From: Octopus vulgaris
Taxonomy: Eukaryota
DNA: 64,000 bases
NCBI GenBank assembly: GCA_951406725.2
Contig: OX597820.1
Coordinates: forward strand, 95,914,001 to 95,978,000
Direction: 5' to 3'
Shown here: positions 27,116 to 40,023 of the stretch, in pieces
How positions within the stretch are numbered: the stretch's first letter is position 1
Layout: each line of letters opens with the position of its first letter
Position numbers and translations under genes: made by a program
The notes under the pieces: generated by a model
Told to the model about the DNA's origin: nothing
Databases searched by the model: none
Seen by the model: the letters and a program-made list of their open reading frames with translations, nothing else

Positions 27116-28744
27116 CATCAATAAAACCAATACACTCCAAGTCAAAATATAAACTGTTTATGACAATCAAACAGCCTCAACATAATCGAGTTTGCAACGG
27201 AAAGTGGCCGGTCACTTCTAAGGCCTTTGAAAATACCCTATTTTGTATCAGTACATAGTAATGTAAATTCTCTACTCACTAGATTACTTTTATAACTATG
27301 GATTTGTGCGCTGCTCTTGCATACTGACAGACTTCATCGTACTGGATAAACTGCAGTCCTCTACAATTTCTGTTTCACCAATGATCTGTTAATATCTTTC
27401 TCTCAGTCTCAGTCTATATGTCTTTTCTCGCTAACACAAATACAGCTAGTGTTCCTCAACTTTGCTGATTGCATGTTTCACCTACCAAGACGCACTAAAT
27501 TATCTTGTATCACACTAAACATTTTCTACGGTTATTTGTTTAAAACTGAATCTTTTAAAAATACTTTCCCTGTATACTTCCTAGTCAGATCAATGCGAAA
27601 ACTATAGTTTAAAAAAACTGACTTTAATAACATTTATTAACCTCTGTTATAAGCACGTAGAAAACTATAAATCCGGTAATATGTGAGTCACTTGGAACTC
27701 TTATTCGTAGACATAGTTTTAAATGCTTTGGATAGTCACTCAAATCTGATGATAAAATGTTTGATAATGTCACACGTTCTTAGAGAGAATAGTCATTTCA
27801 TTAGTAACTATTTAGTTCATACTGTTAATATGATAATTTTAAAGTAAATATTAAGTATGTTAATGATATTTTAGTTCATTATTATATATTAACCGGTAAT
27901 TCAGCTGGATCAATGGACCGGTATTATTGTTCATATCTGACGAATTGTTGTTCATATCTGACAATATACTCTGTTTCATACCAGCAAACAATCGAATAGT
28001 TGTAAATATTTCTGAAATACACTTTCAATTACTTGCAAATATATATGGTGTTTGTTTCTGAGATATTTTGAAATTTGATAGAAAGTTTGCTTTCAATGAT
28101 GATATGTATCTTAACATAAATATGTGTCAAGATATCCCCATATACATTTTTAAAAAAATCACCTCTTTTAGCTGCTATTCTGAAATGTCAATAGCGAATG
28201 AAAACAGCAAAATATATTGAATTATATTAATCTTCACTTGAAATTTAGTATTAGTGAACACTTTTCATGCTTAATATGATATATATCTATATCAAATATC
28301 AATATTTTAATGGTAATCAAATATGGCATTTTAAAATTAAATTATTTTCAGAGTGAAATATAAGCCACATAATTATAATTTAGGAATTTTAAATCTCCTT
28401 ATATCAGTGAAAAGCGTGTAGAATATACGAAGAGAATGATGTGTAAAATCTCTGAACCAATCCCGACAGCCAACCAACTCTTTACATTCCTTTTTTACTT
28501 TTACTTATAGTTTTTTATTGATGGTAATGATAAAGATTGTTTTGTAGTTAGTCAGCTATCTTTTATAACTGATACTGGAATCAACGTTACTTCGTCTTCA
28601 AACATTAGAATCTGTATGTAGTTCTCTCTTTCACAATCAAATTTAATCTGTATGCAATTCCTACCCCATTCGTATGTCTCTTATGTATCTGCTTTCCTTA
28701 TGCCTTCCCCTCACCTTTCTTTCCTTACTAAAGGAAAAATAGTT

Positions 28745-28950
28745 TCAAATTTTGTCACAAGGCCAGTAATTTCGGGACAGGGACAAAGACAATTTCATCG
28801 ACGCCAGTGCTCAGCTGTTACTTATTTTATCGATCCCTAAAGGATGAAAGGCAAAGTCGATTTCGGCGGAATGTGAATTCAAAACATACAGAAAGACGAA
28901 ATGCTGTTAAGCATTTTTCTCCCCATGCTGATGATTCTGCCAGTTCGCCG
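28745..28950 (-). mobile_element. SINE family B
   Basis: Family B central domain and head on the minus strand. Confidence 0.7.
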
Positions 28951-29160
28951 TAAAAGTAATATTAATGATAGCCTAGAAATGGATATCTGACGATTCATTC
29001 AACTTATCCAGGGCATAAAGGCAAATACCATTTTATTCTATGCCAAATGTATATGGTTTACCAACTTATTCCCCATATACCAATATGACAAAAAAGATAT
29101 ATGTGGCTATGCTGTCACTTACCCTATACACAGAGAACGGATATATTTTTAAACATCATA

Positions 29161-29576
29161 CTCTCTTTTCTCTCTTTTACTTGTTTCAGTCATTTAACTG
29201 CGGCCATGCTGAAGCACCGCCTTTTAGTCGAGCAAATCGACCCCGAGACTTATTCTTTGTAAGCCCAGTACTTATTCTATCGGTCTCTTTTGCCGAACCG
29301 CTAAGTTACGGGGACGTAAACACACCAGCATCGGTTGTCAAGCAATGCTAGGGGGACAAACACAGACAAACAAACACATACACACACATATATATATACA
29401 TATACATATATACGACAGGCTTCTTTCAGTTTCCGTCTACCAAATCCACTCACAAGGCATTGGTCGGCCCGGGGCTATAGCAGAAGACACTTGCCCAAGA
29501 TGCCACGCAGTGGGACTGAACCCGCAACCATGTGGTTGGTTAGCAAGCTACTTACCACACAGCCACTCCTGCGCCT
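29161..29576 (-). mobile_element. Full-length young SINE family A
   Basis: Near-exact reverse complement of 38964-39368, with an internal (TA/CA) microsatellite. Confidence 0.9.
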
Positions 29577-29976
29577 ATCATAATTATTTTTTTGAAATTA
29601 ACTCGTAATTTAATCGAATATTTTTTATCTGTGTTGTTAATTCCATTAGCTGCTTCTTTCATTTTTCAGCAGAAACAAAAATTGTTCATAGTTTTGTTTC
29701 GAAAGATATCAGTTACAATCATTATTAGTTAAATTCAATTATCCATTGAATTTTTGAAATTCAAACGTATTCCTGCACGTTCAGTTAGTTCTTTTACACA
29801 TTACCTTCGAATCTCCTCACAACCTGTTCCTGCTTCCTCTCCTTATGTTTTACGATCAACTTTTGCAAATTTTATTTCATATTTTTAAGAACAGTTGTGT
29901 CACTGATGAACACAGCATATGTTACATACATGTTTTCTTACATACGCACCTAGGTAAAAAAATATAAATTGATATA

Positions 29977-30156
29977 CTCTTTTACGGCCATGCTGGAGCA
30001 CCGCCTTTAGTCGAGCAAATCGACCCCGGGACTTATTCTTTGTGTAAGCCCAGTACTTATTCTATCGGTTTTTTGCCGAACCGCTAAGTGACGGGGTCGT
30101 AAACACACCAGCATCGGTTGTCAAGCAATGCTAGGGGACAAACACAGACACACAAT

Positions 30157-30194
<38 letters not shown>

Positions 30195-30360
30195 TACAAC
30201 AGGCTTCTTTCAGTTTCCGTCTACCTAATCCACTCACAAGGCATTGGTCGGCCCGGGGCTATAGCAGAAGACACTTGTCCAAGATGCCACGCAGTGGGAC
30301 TGAACCCGCAACCATGTGGTTGGTTAGCAAGCTACTTACCACTCAGCCACTCCTGCGCCT
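29977..30360 (-). mobile_element. SINE family A, near full length
   Basis: Same as 29161-29576 with a short deletion near the tail. Confidence 0.9.
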
Positions 30361-31438
30361 GATATGTTTAGTTATATATATATATATATATACTTCAATT
30401 CATTTTCCTTAGCAAGTCATTATCGCTCACTCCATATATATATATATACACACGTTATGTGCGCTCGAATGTGTGTATGGGCATATGTACACGTATACGT
30501 AACATGGTTGATGAACCCAACACAAAATTAACTACTATTTAGTAACAACGCACGGAAATACATGAGTACACGAGGTGAAGAATGGGTGCGCTGAAAATAG
30601 GCATAGGAGTGACAGACCTCTAGTTCTAGTCAGAGCATTCATCACGGTGATGGACACTAGAATTTTCATTCCGCTACTATTTTGTGGGGTCTTATGGCGG
30701 GAGAAGGCTAGAAAGTAATGCTTCCTTCTGTTGATGATCCCAGCATTCATATTGATCCTTTCTTGTTTCAGGCACTTGATAGATGACACGTAAACATTTT
30801 TTATTTGTGTTGTATAAGCGTCTTTGTTATGATCTCTGCGACATACAGCCATTTTCAAACACGGCAGTACATTATTGCATATACATGCGTCTATACGGAT
30901 ACATTCATATATACACATTCATACACGCACATGCATATATGTGTGCTTTCATATATAAGTGTAGTCACATACAGATACACATAAGCTAATACACGCATAC
31001 ATATGGACACACACACATACACACACACACACGCAGGAATATTACCGACTTATTAGAAGAAAAAAAAATGTCACCAACGAAAGAATCACATTGATTTTGC
31101 AAATAAATTTCATGGTCGATGCTTTGTTTATATTCAAAATCAAGACGTTGCTTAGTTTTACCAAAGTATAAGACTGCAAGATGAAGACAGATCCTTCAAA
31201 TGCACGATATGTGTGCATATGAATGCACGAATTACGTTCCTAAGCTAGTTTTATCTCTGGTCCTCTGATTTGTTCATTCGTCTGATAATGAAAAGGACAT
31301 ATTAATATAAATGTCATTTGTCGCTCCGGTTGTGTTTTCTGTTTTCTTAGAGTAACGCAGCGAGATCTTTACACATTATATGTTGTTGCAATGCTATACA
31401 CTTGGAGACTAAATTGAATCGATATAATTCTGTTGATA

Positions 31439-31668
31439 AGGCGGCGAGCTGGCAGAACCGTTAGCACACCGGGCGAAATGCGTAGCAGTATTTCGTCTGC
31501 CGTTACGTTCTGAGTTCAAATTCCGCCGAGGTCGACTTTGCCTTTCATTCTTTCGGGGTCGATAAATTAAGTACCAGTTAAGCACTGGGGTCGATGTAAT
31601 CGTCTTAATCCGTTTTTCTGTCCTTGTTTGTCCTCTCTATGTTTAGCCCCTTGTGGGTAATAAAGAAA
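31439..31668 (+). mobile_element. Full-length SINE family B with the Tx1-like tail
   Basis: Intact head, B box and central domain; tail TGTCCTTGTTTGTCCTCTCTATGTTTAGCCCCTTGTGGGTAATAAAGAAA. Confidence 0.9.
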
Positions 31669-31799
31669 CATATAATTCTGTTGACAAGTCCACACCATAT
31701 TATTTTCAACTTGTAACTTATACATTAGCGTATATTTCATTGCTCAGAGTTTCCTCAAGTAAGTCTTTGGTCATTTCTTTTTTAATATTAGTTTTCTGG

Positions 31800-32080
31800 C
31801 TATTATATACCACTCTCATTTTCTGCATTGCTTATCGATAATTATGAATTTTAGTTTTCCTTATTCCAGCTGTAATATTATCAATGCTTTCCTTATACCA
31901 ATCATAATCATATACATTGTTGTCTTCAAGGCCGTTGCTATATATTTGATAGTCAACGATATATAAAGCAACTGGTGAGCAGTATTTTATTTTCGACGTT
32001 CGAATTGCTTGATCCACTAAGAATTTAGTTTTTGTACCACCGCTGGTACATATCTGCGCTGTTTAGCATTGTGTCTATAC
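31800..32080 (-). mobile_element. Possible degraded R4/Dong-like RT fragment
   Basis: Minus strand GGTKTKFLVDQAI..VALYIVDYQ resembles the R4/Dong GTKxQLLIDKAI..WIDYxKA pattern. Weak evidence. Confidence 0.3.
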
Positions 32081-32607
32081 GAGAAGTTTTCTCAAGAGGT
32101 TTATTGCAATTTTGTGCATTTCTAGAGTATTTCCCCGTTAAGAAAATGTTGTTTTGAATCAATATTGCATTTATCACTAATAACAAATTTTTACCCAAAA
32201 GCATAATATTTCAAGAGTCAAAAACATCGGGTTGAATACCCCCAGTGACAATGTCAAGAAACAACAAAAATATCCACAAATACATACATTTTTTGACATT
32301 TAAAATGAAACATTTAAGATATTTCACATGCCCGTGGCAGCTTAGCTAGTTTTACGAAAAGTACGGAATTTCTAAACGTAAGATTTTTATTTGTGAAAAA
32401 TATTCATTTATGAAAAACAATCTACGAATGGTTGTGGATCTCTGGCTTACAGCTATGAGCAGAGACAAAAAAATTCTTTAACACTGTCTTCAAGAATGGA
32501 TGTTTTTGAAATATCGTCAAAAGAGCAGCTGAGAAAATAATTCTATTCAACGTGCACACAAAAGTGCCCCCACCCCGGTGGCAAGAATAAAAAAACGGTA
32601 ATAATAT

Positions 32608-32817
32608 TTTCTCCTAAAGGCACAAAGCCTGAAATTCGTGGGAAGGGGATTAGTTGATTATATCGACCTCAGTGTTTCATTGGTACTTAATTTATCGATC
32701 CCGAAATGTTGAAAAGCAAAGTCAACCTCGGCAGAATTTGAACTCAGAACATAACGACGGGCGAAATACCCGTAAGCATTTCGTCCAGGGTGCTAACGAT
32801 TCTGCCTACTCACCGTT

Positions 32818-32818
<1 letters not shown>
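32608..32818 (-). mobile_element. SINE family B ((ATT)n-tailed variant)
   Basis: Tail stub AGGCACAAAGCCTGAAATT plus body and head; the head abuts (TAA)n. Confidence 0.8.
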
Positions 32819-32893
<75 letters not shown>

Positions 32894-32927
32894 TGATGAT
32901 GATGATGATGATGATGATAATAATAAT

Positions 32928-33503
32928 AAGGAATATAAGAGACGCCACGACAATATAGCCAGGCTTGTCCATTGGACACTTTGCAACAAGTATGGACTTG
33001 CCAGAACAAAAAATTGGTACGACCACAAACCTGAAGGCATTGTCGAAAATAGAAATGCAAAGATCCTATAGGATTTTATGATTCAGTGCGACCATGAGAT
33101 TGAGGATAGGAAGCCGGACATAGTCTTGAGAAAGAAAACAAACTATGCTCGATCATAAACATAGCATGCCCAGTTGACAACAAGATATGCGATAAGGAAG
33201 AAAGAAAAGTCAATAAATATGACAGATTAGCGTGGGAAGTTAAGCAAGTGTGGTCAATGAAAAACTTAGCAGTAGTACCAATAATTGTCGGAGCCCTGGG
33301 AACAGCTAACAAAAATCTCGAGAAGTACGTGGAGCAAATAGGGGCGGCAACAAGGGTGGAACACTTGCAGAAAACAGCACTGCTTGGAACTGCTCGAATA
33401 CTCCGGAAGGTGGTCGAAAATTAAGAGCCATTACTTTAGTTCACTGGTAGTGAACAGCTGACACTGTACTACATCTCCAGCATTAGAAGCTGTGCAAAGG
33501 CAA
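32928..33503 (+). mobile_element. 5'-truncated R4/Dong non-LTR retrotransposon (restriction-like endonuclease end) in (TAA)n
   Basis: EYKRRHDNIARLVHWTLC..KIL*DFMIQCDHEI..RKPDIV..IINIACP..KEERKVNKY..VVPIIVGALG..LQKTALLGTARILRK, stop at 33422-33424. Flanked by TAA/CAA repeats. Dong-type elements are known to target (TAA)n. Confidence 0.9.
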
Positions 33504-33524
33504 CGACAACAACAATAATAATAA

Positions 33525-34130
33525 TCCATTCTACTATAGGCACAAGGCCTCACAATTTTGGGGAGAGGACTGGTCGATTACAAGGAACCCAGAATTAAAC
33601 TGGTACTTAGTTTATCGATTCCGAAAGGATGAAAGGTAAAGTCGACCTCGACGGAATTTGAACTCAGAACGTAGCGGCTGACGAAATACCGCTAAGCATT
33701 CCACCCAGCGTGTTAACGATTCTGCCAGCTAGCTGCCTTAAGATATCAAATTTTTGCGACAAGCGCAGTTTGGAGGATGGGATTAAGTCGATTACATCGA
33801 CCCCAGTGCGTAACTGGTACTTAATTTATCGACCCCTAAAGGAGGAAAGGCAAAGTCGACCTAGGTGGATTTGAACTCAGAAAGTAACGGCAGACGGAAT
33901 ACCTATCTCTTTACTGCCCACAAGGGGTTAAACACAGAGGGGACAAACAAGGACAAACAAACGGATTAAGTCGATTATATCGGCACCAGTGCGTAACTGG
34001 TACTTATTTAATTGACTCCGAAAGGATGAAAGGTAAAGTTAACCTCGGCGGAATTTGAACTCAAAACGTAGCGGCAAACGAAATACCGCTAAGCATTTCG
34101 TCCGGCGTGCTAACGATTCTGTCAGCGCAC
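33525..34130 (-). mobile_element. Cluster of about three SINE family B copies (both tail types)
   Basis: Repeated GGATGAAAGG..AAAGTCGACC..TTTGAACTC blocks. One copy carries the CCCACAAGGGG..AAACACAGAG..GGACAAACAAGGACA tail. Confidence 0.8.
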
Positions 34131-34143
34131 CAACAACAATAAC

Positions 34144-34190
<47 letters not shown>

Positions 34191-34192
<2 letters not shown>

Positions 34193-34737
34193 CAGTACCA
34201 GGCAATGGCTCTCATGGCTTCTGATCTTAACTGATTGGAAGTGTTATCATGTACATTGTTTTGTCTTGGTATAAAAGATGGGCTACAGCAAATATTCTGC
34301 TCAATACCACAGATTTGCTTGTCAGTTGTTTGACCTTAACCAGTTGAGCATGTCCCTTAGTGGCTGACAATATGTGCATCTCTGATCATGAGCAGAAGTA
34401 GTGGGGCAGCATCATAGCCATGTGTTGAGAGGGATTCTTTGGGGTTTGAATAATTCACCTCTGGAAACATGGGTGGTTCTTTCAACATCCTTAAACAACC
34501 CTTATTCAAGGACCGTTTGAGCGGGATGGGCTACTCAACCTGAAGAAAATTCTAACTGGGCCCCACCTGCAAGGTCATGTGCTGTTTATCTTGATATGAG
34601 ATCACCATGTCGCGCACATATAGTTGTGATGCATGTGCCTGGTGTACCTTTATCAGACGGGTAGTCATGATGGGTATATTGGGCTTCGTATATTTTACCC
34701 CAGTGTCACTTTGATGGCATGCACTGCTCTCTCACTC
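34191..34737. repeat. ~550-bp unit in a (TAA)n array, copy 1
   Basis: Near-identical to 34836-35390 (about a dozen substitutions by eye). Both ends join (TAA)n. No long ORF. Confidence 0.9.
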
Positions 34738-34738
34738 A

Positions 34739-34835
<97 letters not shown>

Positions 34836-34837
<2 letters not shown>

Positions 34838-35389
34838 GCCCTGATGCAGTACCAGGCAGTAGCTCTCATGGCTTCTGATCTTAACTGATTGGAAGTGTTA
34901 TCATGTACATTGTTTTGTCTTGGTATAAAAGATGGGCTACAGCAAATATTCTGCTCAATACCACAGATTTGTTTGTCAGTTGTTTGACCTTAACCAGTTG
35001 AGCATGTCCCTTAGTGGCTGACGATATGTGCATCTCTGATCACGAGCAGAAGTAGTGGGGCAGCATCATAGCCATGTGTTGAGAGGGATTCTTTGGGGTT
35101 TGAATAATTCACCTCTGGAAACATGGGTGGTTCTTTCAACATCCTTAAACAACCCTTATTCAGAGACCTTTTGAGCGTGATGGGCTACTCAACCTGAAGA
35201 AAATTCTAACTGGGCCCCACCTGCAAGGTCATGTGCTGTTTATCTTGATATGAGATCACCATGTGGCGCACATATGGTTGTGATGCATGTGCCTGGTGTA
35301 CCTTTATCAGACGGGTAGTCATGATGTGTATATTGGGCTTCGTATATTTTACCCCAGTGTCACTTTGATGGCATGCACTGCTCTCTCAC

Positions 35390-35390
<1 letters not shown>
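34836..35390. repeat. ~550-bp unit in a (TAA)n array, copy 2
   Basis: Direct repeat of 34191-34737 with about 8 extra bases at the left end. Confidence 0.9.
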
Positions 35391-35460
<70 letters not shown>

Positions 35461-38400
35461 CCTTTCTACTTTACGCACAAGGCCTGGGATTCTAGATGCT
35501 AGGCGTTCAGTGCTGTTACTTTGTAGTGTAGTTGATTTTGTATAGAGTCAACGTGAGTGCTTGTTTACTATCTGATTTTAATTTTTGTTATTCGTTGAAA
35601 GCCTTCCAATGGGGATAAACACAACGTAGATGGCATATAGCTTTCCAATCGTCTACTACTACTATCCTTGCTAATATCTGAATATCATTATTGAGTATGA
35701 GGAGGTCGAATGTCTTTTTTGCCTACAATTTCCTCGATGCCTATTTTTGCCTACAATTTCCTTCACGGTTGTACACGAGCATCTGCTCCCCCGATGAATA
35801 TGTTCTGTCTGCTGGATAATCCGCTCACTATCTTTATCGTCTTTTATGGCATTTATCAACCACCATATGTATATTTCTGAGAGAACATTATTCGGCTTCG
35901 GTTACCTTTTTCTTTTGTGGGAAAGAAGTATCAAGACTCGTAATCAATATAGAGAGGCGAAAGAATAAATCCGTGCCTGTTTTTCAGAAACAAACCTCAC
36001 AGTTTGTCATGTGATAAAAAAAAACGGGAATCCTTTGATACCCATCGCAGATAACTTTCAACCTGTCCATTTTTTCAGTTTACTATCTGGATAAGCTTTG
36101 TAAATGATGCAACTGTAAGTTACTCTGCATCTGTTAATATTAAACACTACTCCAAGTTCTAATGACTGTTCAATATTTCTGTCTTGTCAAAAGTGTTTGC
36201 CGTCTACAAATATAACTGAACTATTATCATTGTGGTTGTAGCAAGAGTGGTGTTGCTAACTTATTGATGTTTATTCTGCTGATAGCTAATATCATTTAGC
36301 TTACCTATTATCAGAATGCACATTTCCCTTTCTTGAAATTAAAAGCTGACTAATTCATTCGATCAAAATTCCTTATCTTAAAATAATAAACTAAGTCCTT
36401 TTTATAAAATCAAGTTAGTATAAATGAAAAGACTTTAAAAAACTGTTTTAATACATACATACTCTTTGGTTTAGATTCAGTTGTCGGCTTCCTCCTTAAC
36501 CTCCTCTTACATGTATAAAAACCAGAAGGCAGAAGATTCAGTTGAATATTGAACTGACGACTGAAATATCAAGGATCTTACACCAGCACCAACACTACTC
36601 TATGTTCCTTAACTTCACCTTTCTATATCTTACACAATTTACTAAAAAGTAAAATGGTAGAATGAATAATGGCGGTAATTGCTTAATGATCTGAGTAGAA
36701 TGAACTGAAAACAATACATTGACTTCATTTAGCTCTATAGCATCAAGACTTTTTACGTTGCCCCTCAGCTATATATAAAAAAGTACATTTTGCGTTAACT
36801 ATCTATCACCTTGAAAGGTCTGCAATCAAGTGTTATTAATCATTTTAGATGGTACCGCATTCTTCTGAACATCTTTTTGAATATCTTTTTTATGAATATT
36901 ACCAGAGGAATTGGGATTTTATTATTTCTATTTTGTTAATGGTAAAGCGAGAAAATATGCTATTATGAATTATTTGATCATTAATCGATGCTTGGCTTAG
37001 AGCAGATATAACAACAATCATAATTTTCTGAATTGTTGTGGAAGTAAATGGTGTTATGAAACGAAATATAGCGACGTAATTTCTTTTCGTGTGAAACATT
37101 TTATTGAATAGAGGAAAGATCAGACTAATACCTGAGAATAAACAAGATCATTATACAATTGGGAAAACTTGAGATTTTAAATAATTCATCTAGTTCTTAA
37201 CGCAAATTCCATAGTAATTTAATTTTAGAAATGGTTTCTGGTCTAACAAAAGACCAACAGTTTTGAAGAAGGTGAAACGATACCAGTATTTGACAGGTAT
37301 TTATTTTATCGACTACTGGAGGACGGAAGGCGAAGGTGACGTTATTGATATTTGAACTAAGAATTATAGAGTGGGAATAAACACCACAAACATTTTTCGA
37401 GTGCTCCAGTGTTTCAACTAGCTTGTCACCTCAATAAAAGTTTCTGATTTAGAAACAAGGTCAGCAGTTTTTAAGAAAATGGCCGATTCCTTGCAATATA
37501 TTCCAGTTCTGGGCTGGTAGGCTATTTTATTAACACGAAAGATGAACGGCAAAAATTATCTCGGTGGGATTTGAACAAAGAAAATAAAGATCCGGAGCAA
37601 GTGCCTCAAAAATGTATTCACCAAAGATTAAACGACTCCGATAATACCGGTTTCTAATTTAAGCGCAATGCCAGCAATTTTGAGTGGAGAAGTTTTAGTC
37701 GATTATATCGACATCATTCTGCAAGTTCCTTGCCTTTGGTTTTTTTCACTCATGCACAAGTTCAATAATTTTAAGGAAAAGATAGTAGTCGACACCATAG
37801 ACCCCCAATACTGGATTATTTTATAGAAATTGATCTCCATTAATTAGTCTGTCACCGAGGGTCTTCTTCGAGTTTGTTTAGCAAAGAATACCCAGAAGAA
37901 AATTGATTATTCTATAGTTAAGTAACAAGTCCATGATTAGACGGGAAACTGTAATTGTGATAGTTATGCTGTCTAAGCGAATTAGGTGTTAAATGACACA
38001 TCTCTGATTACAAAGTATGTCTCAAACTATTCACGTTGTAGTTTCTCAACCATTTTTCAATAATTCTCGAATTAGTGCAGTTTATCTGAAAATTTGTCTG
38101 GTAAAACTATTTATAAAAAAACAAAGTTACGACTTCTTCCTCTTTTACTTTCTGAATTAAGATATAAATGAGATCAGCTTTTTCATTCATCTTCTCGGAT
38201 TGGTTTCAATAAGTACCAGTCGATTACTGGGTTCAATGTAATCTAGTATCTCACCCCCCCACCACCACAAAAGATAATGCCGGATTTGTGCCAAAATCTG
38301 AAAGAATAGTTATAAAGGAAGTGAGCGACAGAATTGTTAGCAGATCGAATAAAATGTATGCTGTTATTTATTCTGGCTCTTTATGTTCTAAGTTCAAATT

Positions 38401-38640
38401 TCAGTGAGGTGGAATTGGTCTCTCATAGTTTGAGGGTCGAGCGAATCGATAAAATAAACACCAGTTGAGCACGGAGATCAATGTAATCGAGTTATTACTC
38501 TTCTCAGTATTGAAGATTACAACCTATATTAGAAAGAATTATTTTATTATTAAGCTGGCGACCTGTAAGTACCAGGTTTTAGTGAAACACCTTATTACTC
38601 TGATATAAGAAAGCCATTTCGTTATAACTGTCACAAGAGG

Positions 38641-38683
<43 letters not shown>

Positions 38684-38963
38684 ATATGTATGTGTATATA
38701 TATATATATGTATATGGGGGGTGTATGAGTGGGTCCCATACTACCTCTTAACAACAGGCTTTCGGCAAATGAGGCCGACACAATAAGTACCAGAATTAAA
38801 AACGATGTTTACTGGCTCCAGCATGACCGCAGTTTAATGACTAAAACTAGTAAAAGAGAAAAGATAAAAAGCATATCGCTACTCCGAGGAATATCATCAA
38901 ACATATGGTAGCTACAATAATTATGAAATTTTTCTTCATAAAAATTTAACGTTGAATGAATAT

Positions 38964-39368
38964 AGGCGCAGGAGTGGCTGTGTGGTAAGTAGCTTGCTAA
39001 CCAACCACATGGTTCCGGGTTCAGTCCCACTGCGTGGCATCTTGGGCAAGTGTCTTCTGCTATAGCCCCGGGCCGACCAATGCCTTGTGAGTGGATTTGG
39101 TAGACGGAAACTGAAAGAAGCCTGTCGTATATATGTATGTATATATATGTATGTGTGTGTTTGTGTGTCCCCCTAGCATTGCTTGACAACCGATGCTGGT
39201 GTGTTTACGTCCCCGTCACTTAGCGGTTCGGCATAAGAGACCGATAGAATACGTACTGGGCTTACAAAGAATAAGTCCCGGGGTCGATTTGCTCGACTAA
39301 AGGCGGTGCTCCAGCATGGCCGCAGTCAAATGACTGAAACAAGTAAAAGAGAGAGTAAAAGAGAGAGT
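38964..39368 (+). mobile_element. Full-length young SINE family A
   Basis: tRNA-like head (TGGCTGTGTGG; GGTTCAGTCCC), CORE-like CTTGGGCAAGTGTCTT, internal microsatellite, and a tail ending in (GTAAAAGAGA) repeats. Confidence 0.9.
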
Positions 39369-39566
39369 ATGAATGAAATAAATATTAATATTCAAAGCAT
39401 AAATATTTACTATCTCAAGCGAAAATCGAAATAATTACTTATTTCTATATTTACAAGAATTATGTTAACAATTGAAATGATAGTATTTTATTCTCAGTTA
39501 AATACAGATGTAATATTATGCGATACGACAACCAATGTCAAAATTATAATGCAACATCTTTTATAG

Positions 39567-39780
39567 TATTAGGTCAACCCATAAATATTGCAGTATTTTC
39601 AATTGCATGACCTAAAAGCCGGAGGGAAATAGGATAAACTATTTACATCAACTTGTTATAAAAGCAGATAGGAATTTTACCTTGAGTTATTCTTAGTGCA
39701 AATCTATTGTCGTGTGAACGTTTTTCCAGTGCTTCCTGTGTCAATTGTTGGATTGTTATATTGTTGCGGTGAGTTGAGGC
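39567..39780 (+). mobile_element. Probable mariner left-end remnant
   Basis: TA-TTAGGTCAACCCATAAATATTGCAGT resembles a mariner TIR start (TTAGGT...AATTGCGG). No coding remnant seen. Confidence 0.4.
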
Positions 39781-39813
39781 TGCATTGCGGTTGTTTTTAT
39801 TATATATATGTAC

Positions 39814-39857
<44 letters not shown>

Positions 39858-39912
39858 CGAAGCAATAAACATACATACATATACACACACACACATATAT
39901 ATATATACATAT

Positions 39913-39948
<36 letters not shown>

Positions 39949-39949
39949 G

Positions 39950-40000
<51 letters not shown>

Positions 40001-40023
40001 ATATGTATGTATGTTTATTGCTT

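Noticed and set aside
34836-34890. Possible HDV-like ribozyme at the left end of the 550-bp unit
   Set aside because: P1 pairing is poor and the GG needed for P1.1 is absent.
34141-35460. Repeat-spacer-like pattern suggesting a CRISPR array
   Set aside because: Eukaryotic context. The units are ~550-bp near-identical copies separated by (TAA)n, with no unique spacers and no cas genes.
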